From: Eledone cirrhosa
Lineage: Eukaryota
Direction: 5' to 3'
NCBI GenBank assembly: GCA_964016885.1
Contig: OZ024740.1
Span: 11,718,001 to 11,782,000 of the forward strand
DNA length: 64,000 nt
This document shows positions 14,701 to 29,200 of this stretch, piece by piece. The notes beneath the pieces were generated by a model. The model worked only from the letters and a program-made list of their open reading frames with translations. It was not told the DNA's origin and did no database searches. The number at the start of each line of letters is the position of its first letter. Positions within the stretch are counted from its first letter, which is position 1. The translations under genes were made by a program, and so were the position numbers.

Positions 14701-17700
14701 GTAGTCAACAACAGTATTGTGATAATGTCTATAGTAGTCAACAACAGTATTGTGATAATGTCTATAGTAGTCAACACACTATTGTGATAATGTATATAGT
14801 AGTCAACAATACTATTGTGATAATGTCTATAGTAATCAACAACAGTATTGTGATAATGTCTATAGTAGTCAACACACTATTGTGATACTGTCTATAGTAG
14901 TCAACACACTATTGTGATAATGTATATAGTAGTCAACAATACTATTGTGATAATGTCTATAGTAGTCAACAACACTATTGTGATAATGTCTATAGTAGTC
15001 AACACACTATTGTGATAATGTCTATAGTAGTCAACACATTATTGTGATACTGTCTATAGTAGTCAACAACACTATTGTGATAATGTCTATAGTAGTCAAC
15101 AACCCTATTGTGATACTGTCTATAGTAGTCAACAACAGTATTGTGATAATGTCTATAGTAGTCAACACACTATTGTGATAATGTCTATAGTAGTCAACAA
15201 CACTATTGTGATAATGTCTATAGTAGTCAACACACTATTGTGATAATGTCTATAGTAGTCAACAACACTATTGTGATGATGTCTATAGTAGTCAAAACAG
15301 TATTGTGATAATGTCTATAGTAGTCAACAACACTATTGTGATAATGTCTATAGTAGTTAACAACACTATTGTGATAATGTCTATAGTAGTCAACAACACT
15401 ATTGTGATAATGTCTATAGTAGTCAACAACACTATTGTGATGATGTCTATAGTAGTCAACAACACTATTGTGATGATGTCTATAGTAGTCAAGAACACTA
15501 TTGTGATAATGTCTATAGTAGTCAACACATTATTGTGATAATGTCTATAGTAGTCAACAACACTATTGTGATAATGTCTATAGTAGTCAACACATTATTG
15601 TGATAATGTCTATAGTAGTCAACAACACTATTGTGATAATGTCTATAGTAGTCAACAACACTATTGTGATAATGTCTATAGTAGTCAACAACACTATTGT
15701 GATGATGTCTATAGTAGTCAACAACACTATTGTGATGATGTCTATAGTAGTCAAGAACACTATTGTGATAATGTCTATAGTATTCAACACATTATTGTGA
15801 TAATGTCTATAGTAGTCAACAACACTATTGTGATAATGTCTATAGTAGTCAACACATTATTGTGATAATGTCTATAGTAGTCAACAACACTATTGTGATA
15901 ATGTCTATAGTAGTCAACAACATTATTGTCATAATGTCTATAGTAGTCAACACATTATTGTGATAATGTCTATAGTAGTCAACAACACTATTGTGATAAT
16001 GTCTATAGTAGTCAACATCAGTATTGTGATAATGTCTATAGTAGTCAACAACACTATCGTGATAATGTCTATAGTAGTCAACAACACTATTGTGATAATG
16101 TCTATAGTAGTCAACAACAGTATTGTGATAATGTCTATAGTAGTCAACAACAGTATTGTGATAATGTCTATAGTAGTCAACACACTATTGTGATAATGTA
16201 TATAGTAGTCAACAATACTATTGTGATAATGTCTATAGTAATCAACAACAGTATTGTGATAATGTCTATAGTAGTCAACACACTATTGTGATACTGTCTA
16301 TAGTAGTCAACACACTATTGTGATAATGTATATAGTAGTCAACAATACTATTGTGATAATGTCTATAGTAGTCAACAACACTATTGTGATAATGTCTATA
16401 GTAGTCAACAACACTATTGTGATGATGTCTATAGTAGTCAACAACACTATTGTGATAATGTCTATAGTAGTCAACAACACTATTGTGATAATGTCTATAG
16501 TAGTCAACAACACTATTGTGATAATGTATATAGTAGTCAACACATTATTGTGATAATGTCTATAGTAGTCAACAACACTATTGTGATAATGTCTATAGTA
16601 GTCAACACATTATTGTGATAATGTCTATAGTAGTCAACAACACTATTGTGATAATGTCTATAGTAGTCAACAACACTATTCTGATAACGCCTATAGTAGT
16701 CAACAACACTATTGTGATAATGTCTATAGTAGTCAACACATTATTGTGATAATGTCTATAGTAGTCAACAACAGTATTGTGATAATGTCTATAGTAGTCA
16801 ACAACAGTATTGTGATAATGTCTATAGTAGTCAACAACACTATTGTGATAATGTCTATAATAGTCAACACATTATTGTGATAATGTCTATAGTAGTCAAC
16901 ACACTATTGTGATAATGTCTATAGTAGTCAACAACACTATTGTGATAATGTCTATAGCAGTCAACACATTATTGTGATACTGTCTATAGTAGTCAATAAT
17001 ACTATTGTGATAATGTCTATAGTAGTCAACAACAGTATTGTGATAATGTCTATAGTAGTCAACACATCATTGTGATAATGTCTATAGTAGACAACAACAC
17101 TATTGTGATAATGTCTATAGTAGTCAACACATTATTGTGATAATGTCTATAGTAGTCAACAACACTATTGTGATGTCTATAGTAGTCAACAACATTATTG
17201 TCATAATGTCTATAGTAGTCAACACATTATTGTGATAATGTCTATAGTAGTCAACAACACTATTGTGATAATGTCTATAGTAGTCAACAACAGTATTGTG
17301 ATAATGTCTATAGTAGTCAACAACACTATCGTGATAATGTCTATAGTAGTCAACACATTATTGTGATAATGTCTATAGTAGTCAACAACAGTATTGTGAT
17401 AATGTCTATAGTAGTCAACAACACTATTCTGATAACGCCTATAGTAGTCAACAACACTATTGTGATAATGTCTATAGTAGTCAACACATTATTGTGATAA
17501 TGTCTATAGTAGTCAACAACAGTATTGTGATAATGTCTATAGTAGTCAACAACACTATTGTGATAATGTCTATAATAGTCAACACATTATTGTGATAATG
17601 TCTATAGTAGTCAACACACTATTGTGATAATGTCTATAGTAGTCAACAACACTATTGTGAGAATGTCTATAGCAGTCAACACATTATCGTGATACTGTCT

Positions 17701-20700
17701 ATAGTAGTCAACAACACTATTGTGATAATGTCTATAGTAGTCAACAACACTATTGTGATAATGTCTATAGTAGTCAACACATTATTGTGATAATGTCTAT
17801 AGTAGTCAACAACAGTATTGTGATAATGTCTATAGTAGTCAACAACATTATTGTCATAATGTCTATAGTAGTCAACACATTATTGTGATAATGTCTATAG
17901 TAGTCAACAACACTATTGTGATAATGTCTATAGTAGTCAACAACAGTATTGTGATAATGTCTATAGTAGTCAACAACACTATCGTGATAATGTCTATAGT
18001 AGTCAACAACACTATTGTGATAATGTCTATAGTAGTCAACAACAGTATTGTGATAATGTCTATAGTAGTCAACACACTATTGTGATACTGTCTATAATAG
18101 TCAACACACTATTGTAATAATGTATATAGTAGTCAACAATACTATTGTGATAATGTCTATAGTAGTCAACAACAGTATTGTGATAATGTCTATAGTAGTC
18201 AACACATTACAGTGATAATGTCTATAGTAGTCAACAACAGTATTGTGATAATGTCTATAGTAGTCAACACACTATTGTGATAATGTATATAGTAGTCAAC
18301 AATACTATTGTGATAATGTCTATAGTAGTCAACAACAGTATTGTGATAATGTCTATAGTAGTCAACACACTATTGTGATACTGTCTATAGTAGTCAACAC
18401 ACTATTGTGATAATGTATATAGTAGTCAACAACAGTATTGTGATAATGTCTATAGTAGTCAACAACACTATTGTGATAATGTCTATAGTAGTCAACACAT
18501 TATTGTGATAATGTCTATAGTAGTCAACACACTATTGTGATAATGTCTATAGTAGTCAACAACACTATTGTGAGAATGTCTATAGCAGTCAACACATTAT
18601 TGTGATACTGTCTATAGTAGTCAACAACACTATTGTGATAATGTCTATAGTAGTCAACAACACTATTGTGATAATGTCTATAGTAGTCAACACATTATTG
18701 TGATAATGTCTATAGTAGTCAACAACAGTATTGTGATAATGTCTATGGTAGTCAACACACTATTGTGATAATGTCTATAGTAGTCAACACACTATTGTGA
18801 TAATGTCTATAGTAGTCAACAACACTATTGTGATAATGTCTATAGTAGTCAACAACACTATTGAGATAATGTCTATAGTAGTCAACAACACTATGGTGAT
18901 AATGTCTATAGTAGTCAACAACACTATTGTCATAATGTCTATAGTAGTCAACACATTATTGTGATAATGTCTATAGTAGTCAACAACACTATTGTGATAA
19001 TGTCTATAGTAGTCAACAACACTATTGTGATAACGCCTATAGTAGTCAACAACACTATTGTGATAATGTCTATAGTAGTCAACACATTATTGTGATAATG
19101 TCTATAGTAGTCAACAACAGTATTGTGATAATGTCTATAGTAGTCAACAACACTATTGTGATAATGTCTATAGTAGTCAACACATTATTGTGATAATGTC
19201 TATAGTAGTCAACACACTATTGTGATAATGTCTATAGTAGTCAACAACACTATTGTGATAATGTCTATAGCAGTCAACACATTATTGTGATACTGTCTAT
19301 AGTAGTCAACAACACTATTGTGATAATGTCTATAGTAGTCAACAACACTATTGTGATAATGTCTATAGTAGTCAACACATTATTGTGATAATGTCTATAG
19401 TAGTCAACAACAGTATTGTGATAATGTCTATGGTAGTCAACACACTATTGTGATAATGTCTATAGTAGTCAACACACTATTGTGATAATGTCTATAGTAG
19501 TCAACACATTATTGTGATAATGTCTATTGTAGTCAACACACTATTGTGATAATGTCTATAGTAGTCAACACACTATTGTGATAATGTCTATAGTAGTCAA
19601 CAACACTATTGTGATAATGTCTATAGTAGTCAACAACAGTATTGTGATAATGTCTATAGTAGTCAACAACACTATTGTGATAATGTCTATAGTAGTTAAC
19701 AACACTATTGTGATAATGTCTATAGTAGTCAACAACACTATTGTGATAATGTCTATAGTAGTCAACAACACTATTGTGATGATGTCTATAGTAGTCAACA
19801 ACACTATTGTGATGATGTCTATAGTAGTCAAGAACACTATTGTGATAATGTCTATAGTAGTCAACACATTATTGTGATAATGTCTATAGTAGTCAACAAC
19901 ACTATTGTGATAATGTCTATAGTAGTCAACACATTATTGTGATAATGTCTATAGTAGTCAACAACACTATTGTGATAATGTCTATAGTAGTCAACAACAT
20001 TATTGTCATAATGTCTATAGTAGTCAACACATTATTGTGATAATGTCTATAGTAGTCAACAACACTATTGTGATAATGTCTATAGTAGTCAACATCAGTA
20101 TTGTGATAATGTCTATAGTAGTCAACAACACTATCGTGATAATGTCTATAGTAGTCAACAACACTATTGTGATAATGTCTATAGTAGTCAACAACAGTAT
20201 TGTGATAATGTCTATAGTAGTCAACAACAGTATTGTGATAATGTCTATAGTAGTCAACACACTATTGTGATAATGTATATAGTAGTCAACAATACTATTG
20301 TGATAATGTCTATAGTAATCAACAACAGTATTGTGATAATGTCTATAGTAGTCAACACACTATTGTGATACTGTCTATAGTAGTCAACACACTATTGTGA
20401 TAATGTATATAGTAGTCAACAATACTATTGTGATAATGTCTATAGTAGTCAACAACACTATTGTGATAATGTCTATAGTAGTCAACACACTATTGTGATA
20501 ATGTCTATAGTAGTCAACACATTATTGTGATACTGTCTATAGTAGTCAACAACACTATTGTGATAATGTCTATAGTAGTCAACAACCCTATTGTGATACT
20601 GTCTATAGTAGTCAACAACAGTATTGTGATAATGTCTATAGTAGTCAACACACTATTGTGATAATGTCTATAGTAGTCAACAACACTATTGTGATAATGT

Positions 20701-23262
20701 CTATAGTAGTCAACACACTATTGTGATAATGTCTATAGTAGTCAACAACACTATTGTGATGATGTCTATAGTAGTCAAAACAGTATTGTGATAATGTCTA
20801 TAGTAGTCAACAACACTATTGTGATAATGTCTATAGTAGTTAACAACACTATTGTGATAATGTCTATAGTAGTCAACAACACTATTGTGATAATGTCTAT
20901 AGTAGTCAACAACACTATTGTGATGATGTCTATAGTAGTCAACAACACTATTGTGATGATGTCTATAGTAGTCAAGAACACTATTGTGATAATGTCTATA
21001 GTAGTCAACACATTATTGTGATAATGTCTATAGTAGTCAACAACACTATTGTGATAATGTCTATAGTAGTCAACACATTATTGTGATAATGTCTATAGTA
21101 GTCAACAACACTATTGTGATAATGTCTATAGTAGTCAACAACACTATTGTGATAATGTCTATAGTAGTCAACAACACTATTGTGATGATGTCTATAGTAG
21201 TCAACAACACTATTGTGATGATGTCTATAGTAGTCAAGAACACTATTGTGATAATGTCTATAGTATTCAACACATTATTGTGATAATGTCTATAGTAGTC
21301 AACAACACTATTGTGATAATGTCTATAGTAGTCAACACATTATTGTGATAATGTCTATAGTAGTCAACAACACTATTGTGATAATGTCTATAGTAGTCAA
21401 CAACATAATTGTCATAATGTCTATAGTAGTCAACACATTATTGTGATAATGTCTATAGTAGTCAACAACACTATTGTGATAATGTCTATAGTAGTCAACA
21501 ACAGTATTGTGATAATGTCTATAGTAGTCAACAACACTATCGTGATAATGTCTATAGTAGTCAACAACACTATTGTGATAATGTCTATAGTAGTCAACAA
21601 CAGTATTGTGATAATGTCTATAGTAGTCAACACACTGTTGTGATACTGTCTATAATAGTCAACACACTATTGTGATAATGTATATAGTAGTCAACAATAC
21701 TATTGTGATAATGTCTATAGTAGTCAACAACAGTATTGTGATAATGTCTATAGTAGTCAACACATTACAGTGATAATGTCTATAGTAGTCAACAACAGTA
21801 TTGTGATAATGTCTATAGTAGTCAACACACTATTGTGATAATGTATATAGTAGTCAACAATACTATTGTGATAATGTCTATAGTAGTCAACAACAGTATT
21901 GTGATAATGTCTATAGTAGTCAACACACTATTGTGATACTGTCTATAGTAGTCAACACACTATTGTGATAATGTATATAGTAGTCAACAACAGTATTGTG
22001 ATAATGTCTATAGTAGTCAACAACACTATTGTGATAATGTCTATAGTAGTCAACACATTATTGTGATAATGTCTATAGTAGTCAACACACTATTGTGATA
22101 ATGTCTATAGTAGTCAACAACACTATTGTGAGAATGTCTATAGCAGTCAACACATTATTGTGATACTGTCTATAGTAGTCAACAACACTATTGTGATAAT
22201 GTCTATAGTAGTCAACAACACTATTGTGATAATGTCTATAGTAGTCAACACATTATTGTGATAATGTCTATAGTAGTCAACAACAGTATTGTGATAATGT
22301 CTATGGTAGTCAACACACTATTGTGATAATGTCTATAGTAGTCAACACACTATTGTGATAATGTCTATAGTAGTCAACAACACTATTGTGATAATGTCTA
22401 TAGTAGTCAACAACACTATTGTGATGATGTCTATAGTAGTCAACAACACTATTGTGATAATGTCTATAGTAGTCAACAACACTATTGTGATAATGTCTAT
22501 AGTAGTCAACAACACTATTGTGATAATGTCTATAGTAGTCAACAGATTATTGTGATAATGTCTATAGTAGTCAACAACACTATTGTGATAATGTCTATAG
22601 TAGTCAACACATTATTGTTATAATGTCTATAGTAGTCAACAACACTATTGTGATAATGTCTATAGTAGTCAACAACATTATTGTCATAATGTCTATAGTA
22701 GTCAACACATTATTGTGATAATGTCTATAGTAGTCAACAACACTATTGTGATAATGTCTATAGTAGTCAACAACAGTATTGTGATAATGTCTATAGTAGT
22801 CAACAACACTATCGTGATAATGTCTATAGTAGTCAACACATTATTGTGATAATGTCTATAGTAGTCAACAACAGTATTGTGATAATGTCTATAGTAGTCA
22901 ACAACAGTATTGTGATAATGTCTATAGTAGTCAACAACACTATTCTGATAACGCCTATAGTAGTCAACAACACTATTGTGATGATGTCTATAGTAGTCAA
23001 CACATTATTGTGATAATGTCTATAGTAGTCAACAACAGTATTGTGATAATGTCTATAGTAGTCAACAACACTATTGTGATAATGTCTATAATAGTCAACA
23101 CATTATTGTGATAATGTCTATAGTAGTCAACACACTATTGTGATAATGTCTATAGTAGTCAACAACACTATTGTGATAATGTCTATAGCAGTCAACACAT
23201 TATTGTGATACTGTCTATAGTAGTCAACAACACTATTGTGATAATGTCTATAGTAGTCAACA
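7005..23262. repeat. ~7.5 kb satellite block (about 7005-14480) duplicated at offset 8782 (about 15787-23262), with an intervening ~1.4 kb copy at offset 3299
   Basis: Nine ORF pairs share offset 8782: 7165/15947, 7525/16307, 9090/17872, 10783/19565, 11242/20024, 11993/20775, 12288/21070, 12648/21430 and 13560/22342. Three pairs share offset 3299: 11242/14541, 11993/15292 and 12288/15587. Private variants TCAATAATAC, CATAATTGTC and AACAGATTAT occur in both 8782-offset copies. Confidence 0.88.
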
Positions 23263-26200
23263 ACACTATTGTGATAATGTCTATAGTAGTCAACAACAGT
23301 ATTGTGATAATGTCTATAGTAGTCAACAACACTATCGTGATAATGTCTATAGTAGTCAACACATTATTGTGATAATGTCTATAGTAGTCAACAACAGTAT
23401 TGTGATAATGTCTATAGTAGTCAACAACACTATTCTGATAACGCCTATAGTAGTCAACAACACTATTGTGATGATGTCTATAGTAGTCAACACATTATTG
23501 TGATAATGTCTATAGTAGTCAACAACAGTATTGTGATAATGTCTATAGTAGTCAACAACACTATTGTGATAATGTCTATAATAGTCAACACATTATTGTG
23601 ATAATGTCTATAGTAGTCAACACACTATTGTGATAATGTCTATAGTAGTCAACAACACTATTGTGATAATGTCTATAGCAGTCAACACATTATTGTGATA
23701 CTGTCTATAGTAAACAACACTATTGTGATAATGTCTATAGTAGTCAACAACAGTATTGTGATAATGTCTATAGTAGTCAACAACACTATCGTGATAATGT
23801 CTATAGTAGTCAACAACACTATTGTGATAATGTCTATAGTAGTCAACAACAGTATTGTGATAATGTCTATAGTAGTCAAAACACTATTGTGATACTGTCT
23901 ATAATAGTCAACACACTATTGTGATAATGTATATAGTAGTCAACAATACTATTGTGATAATGTCTATAGTAGTCAACAACAGTATTGTGATAATGTCTAT
24001 AGTAGTCAACACATTACAGTGATAATGTCTATAGTAGTCAACAACAGTATTGTGATAATGTCTATAGTAGTCAACACACTATTGTGATAATGTATATAGT
24101 AGTCAACAATACTATTGTGATAATGTCTATAGTAGTCAACAACAGTATTGTGATAATGTCTATAGTAGTCAACACACTATTGTGATACTGTCTATAGTAG
24201 TCAACACACTATTGTGATAATGTATATAGTAGTCAACAACAGTATTGTGATAATGTCTATAGTAGTCAACAACACTATTGTGATAATGTCTATAGTAGTC
24301 AACACATTATTGTGATAATGTCTATAGTAGTCAACACACTATTGTGATAATGTCTATAGTAGTCAACAACACTATTGTGAGAATGTCTATAGCAGTCAAC
24401 ACATTATTGTGATACTGTCTATAGTAGTCAACAACACTATTGTGATAATGTCTATAGTAGTCAACACATTATTGTGATAATGTCTATAGTAGTCAACAAC
24501 AGTATTGTGATAATGTCTATGGTAGTCAACACACTATTGTGATAATGTCTATAGTAGTCAACACACTATTGTGATAATGTCTATAGTAGTCAACAACACT
24601 ATTGTGATAATGTCTATAGTAGTCAACAACACTATTGTGATGATGTCTATAGTAGTCAACAACACTATCGTGATAATGTCTATAGTAGTCAACACATTAT
24701 TGTGATAATGTCTATAGTAGTCAACACATTATTGTGATAATGTCTATAGTAGTCAACAACACTATTGTGATAATGTCTATAGTAGTCAACACATTATTGT
24801 GATAATGGCTATAGTAGTCAACAACACTATTGTGATAATGTCTATAGTAGTCAACAACATCATTGTCATAATGTCTATAGTAGTCAACACATTATTGTGA
24901 TAATATCTATAGTAGTCAACAACACTATTGTGATAATGTCTATAGTAGTCAACACACTATTGTGATAATGTCTATAGTAGTCAACAACACTATTGTGATA
25001 ATGTCTATAGCAGTCAACACATTATTGTGATACTGTCTATAGTAGTCAACAACACTATTGTGATAATGTCTATAGTAGTCAACAACACTATTGTGATAAT
25101 GTCTATAGTAGTCAACACATTATTGTGATAATGTCTATAGTAGTCAACAACAGTATTGTGATAATGTCTATAGTAGTCAACAACATTATTGTCATAATGT
25201 CTATAGTAGTCAACACATTATTGTGATAATGTCTATAGTAGTCAACAACACTATTGTGATAATGTCTATAGTAGTCAACAACAGTATTGTGATAATGTCT
25301 ATAGTAGTCAACAACACTATCGTGATAATGTCTATAGTAGTCAACAACACTATTGTGATAATGTCTATAGTAGTCAACAACAGTATTGTGATAATGTCTA
25401 TAGTAGTCAACACACTATTGTGATACTGTCTATAATAGTCAACACACTATTGTGATAATGTATATAGTAAACAAAACTATTGTGATAATGTCTATAGTAG
25501 TCAACAACAGTATTGTGATAATGTCTATAGTAGTCAACACATTACAGTGATAATGTCTATAGTAGTCAACAACAGTATTGTGATAATGTCTATAGTAGTC
25601 AACACACTATTGTGATAATGTATATAGTAGTCAACAATACTATTGTGATAATGTCTATAGTAGTCAACAACAGTATTGTGATAATGTCTATAGTAGTCAA
25701 CACACTATTGTGATACTGTCTATAGTAGTCAACACACTATTGTGATAATGTATATAGTAGTCAACAACAGTATTGTGATAATGTCTATAGTAGTCAACAA
25801 CACTATTGTGATAATGTCTATAGTAGTCAACACATTATTGTGATAATGTCTATAGTAGTCAACACACTATTGTGATAATGTCTATAGTAGTCAACAACAC
25901 TATTGTGAGAATGTCTATAGCAGTCAACACATTATTGTGATACTGTATATAGTAGTCAACAACACTATTGTGATAATGTCTATAGTAGTCAACAACACTA
26001 TTGTGATAATGTCTATAGTAGTCAACACATTATTGTGATAATGTCTATAGTAGTCAACAACACTATTGTGATAATGTCTATAATAGTCAACACATTATTG
26101 TGATAATGTCTATAGTAGTCAACACACTATTGTGATAATGTCTATAGTAGTCAACAACACTATTGTGATAATGTCTATAGCAGTCAACACATTATTGTGA

Positions 26201-29200
26201 TACTGTCTATAGTAGTCAACAACACTATTGTGATAATGTCTATAGTAGTCAACAACACTATTGTGATAATGTCTATAGTAGTCAACAACAGTATTGTGAT
26301 AATGTCTATAGTAGTCAACAACACTATCGTGATAATGTCTATAGTAGTCAACACATTATTGTGATAATGTCTATAGTAGTCAACAACAGTATTGTGATAA
26401 TGTCTATAGTAGTCAACAACACTATTGTGATAATGTCTATAGTAGTCAACACATTATTGTGATAATGTCTATAGTAGTCAACAACAGTATTGTGATAATG
26501 TCTATGGTAGTCAACACACTATTGTGATAATGTCTATAGTAGTCAACACACTATTGTGATAATGTCTATAGTAGTCAACAACACTATTGTGATAATGTCT
26601 ATAGTAGTCAACAACACTATTGTGATGATGTCTATAGTAGTCAACAACACTATTGTGATAATGTCTATAGTAGTCAACAACACTATTGTGATAATGTCTA
26701 TAGTAGTCAACAACACTATTGTGATAATGTCTATAGTAGTCAACACATTATTGTGATAATGTCTATAGTAGTCAACAACACTATTGTGATAATGTCTATA
26801 GTAGTCAACACATTATTGTGATAATGTCTATAGTAGTCAACAACACTATTGTGATAATGTCTATAGTAGTCAACAACATTATTGTCATAATGTCTATAGT
26901 AGTCAACACATTATTGTGATAATGTCTATAGTAGTCAACAACACTATTGTGATAATGTCTATAGTAGTCAACAACAGTATTGTGATAATGTCTATAGTAG
27001 TCAACAACACTATCGTGATAATGTCTATAGTAGTCAACACATTATTGTGATAATGTCTATAGTAGTCAACAACAGTATTGTGATAATGTCTATAGTAGTC
27101 AACACACTATTGTGATAATGTATATAGTAGTCAACAACACTATTGTGATGATGTCTATAGTAGTCAACACATTATTGTGATAATGTCTATAGTAGTCAAC
27201 AACAGTATTGTGATAATGTCTATAGTAGTCAACAACACTATTGTGATAATGTCTATAGTAGTCAACAACAGTATTGTGATAATGTCTATAGTAGTCAACA
27301 ACACTATCGTGATAATGTCTATAGTAGTCAACACATTATTGTGATAATGTCTATAGTAGTCAACAACAGTATTGTGATAATGTCTATAGTAGTCAACAAC
27401 ACTATTCTGATAACGCCTATAGTAGTCAACAACACTATTGTGATGATGTCTATAGTAGTCAACACATTATTGTGATAATGTCTATAGTAGTCAACAACAG
27501 TATTGTGATAATGTCTATAGTAGTCAACAACACTATTGTGATAATGTCTATAATAGTCAACACATTATTGTGATAATGTCTATAGTAGTCAACACACTAT
27601 TGTGATAATGTCTATAGTAGTCAACAATACTATTGTGATAATGTCTATAGCAGTCAACACATTATTGTGATACTGTCTATAGTAGTCAACAACACTATTG
27701 TGATAATGTCTATAGTAGTCAACAACAGTATTGTGATAATGTCTATAGTAGTCAACAACACTATCGTGATAATGTCTATAGTAGTCAACAACACTATTGT
27801 GATAATGTCTATAGTAGTCAACAAAAGTATTGTGATAATGTCTATAGTAGTCAACACACTATTGTGATACTGTCTATAATAGTCAACACACTATTGTGAT
27901 AATGTATATAGTAGTCAACAATACTATTGTGATAATGTCTATAGTAGTCAACAACAGTATTGTGATAATGTCTATAGTAGTCAACAATACTATTGTGATA
28001 ATGTGTATAGTAGTCAACAACAGTATTGTGATATTGTCTATAGTAGTCAACACACTATTGTGATAATGTATATAGTAGTCAACAATACTATTGTGATAAT
28101 GTCTATAGTAGTCAACAACAGTATTGTGATAATGTCTATAGTAGTCAACACACTATTGTGATACTGTCTATAGTAGTCAACACACTATTGTGATAATGTA
28201 TATAGTAGTCAACAACAGTATTGTGATAATGTCTATAGTAGTCAACAACACTATTGTGATAATGTCTATAGTAGTCAACACATTATTGTGATAATGTCTA
28301 TAGTAGTCAACACACTATTGTGATAATGTCTATAGTAGTCAACAACACTATTGTGAGAATGTCTATAGCAGTCAACACATTATTGTGATACTGTCTATAG
28401 TAGTCAACAACACTATTGTGATAATGTCTATAGTAGTCAACAACACTATTGTGATAATGTCTATAGTAGTCAACACATTATTGTGATAATGTCTATAGTA
28501 GTCAACAACAGTATTGTGATAATGTCTATGGTAGTCAACACACTATTGTGATAATGTCTATAGTAGTCAACACACTATTGTGATAATGTCTATAGTAGTC
28601 AACAACACTATTGTGATAATGTCTATAGTAGTCAACAACACTATTGTGATGATGTCTATAGTAGACAACAACACTATCGTGATAATGTCTATAGTAGTCA
28701 ACACATTATTGTGATAATGTCTATAGTAGTCAACACATTATTGTGATAATGTCTATAGTAGTCAACAACACTATTGTGATAATGTCTATAGTAGTCAACA
28801 CATTATTGTGATAATGGCTATAGTAGTCAACAACACTATTGTGATAATGTCTATAGTAGTCAACAACATCATTGTCATAATGTCTATAGTAGTCAACACA
28901 TTATTGTGATAATGTCTATAGTAGTCAACAACACTATTGTGATAATGTCTATAGTAGTCAACACACTATTGTGATAATGTCTATAGTAGTCAACAACACT
29001 ATTGTGATAATGTCTATAGCAGTCAACACATTATTGTGATACTGTCTATAGTAGTCAACAACACTATTGTGATAATGTCTATAGTAGTCAACAACACTAT
29101 TGTGATAATGTCTATAGTAGTCAACACATTATTGTGATAATGTCTATAGTAGTCAACAACAGTATTGTGATAATGTCTATAGTAGTCAACAACATTATTG

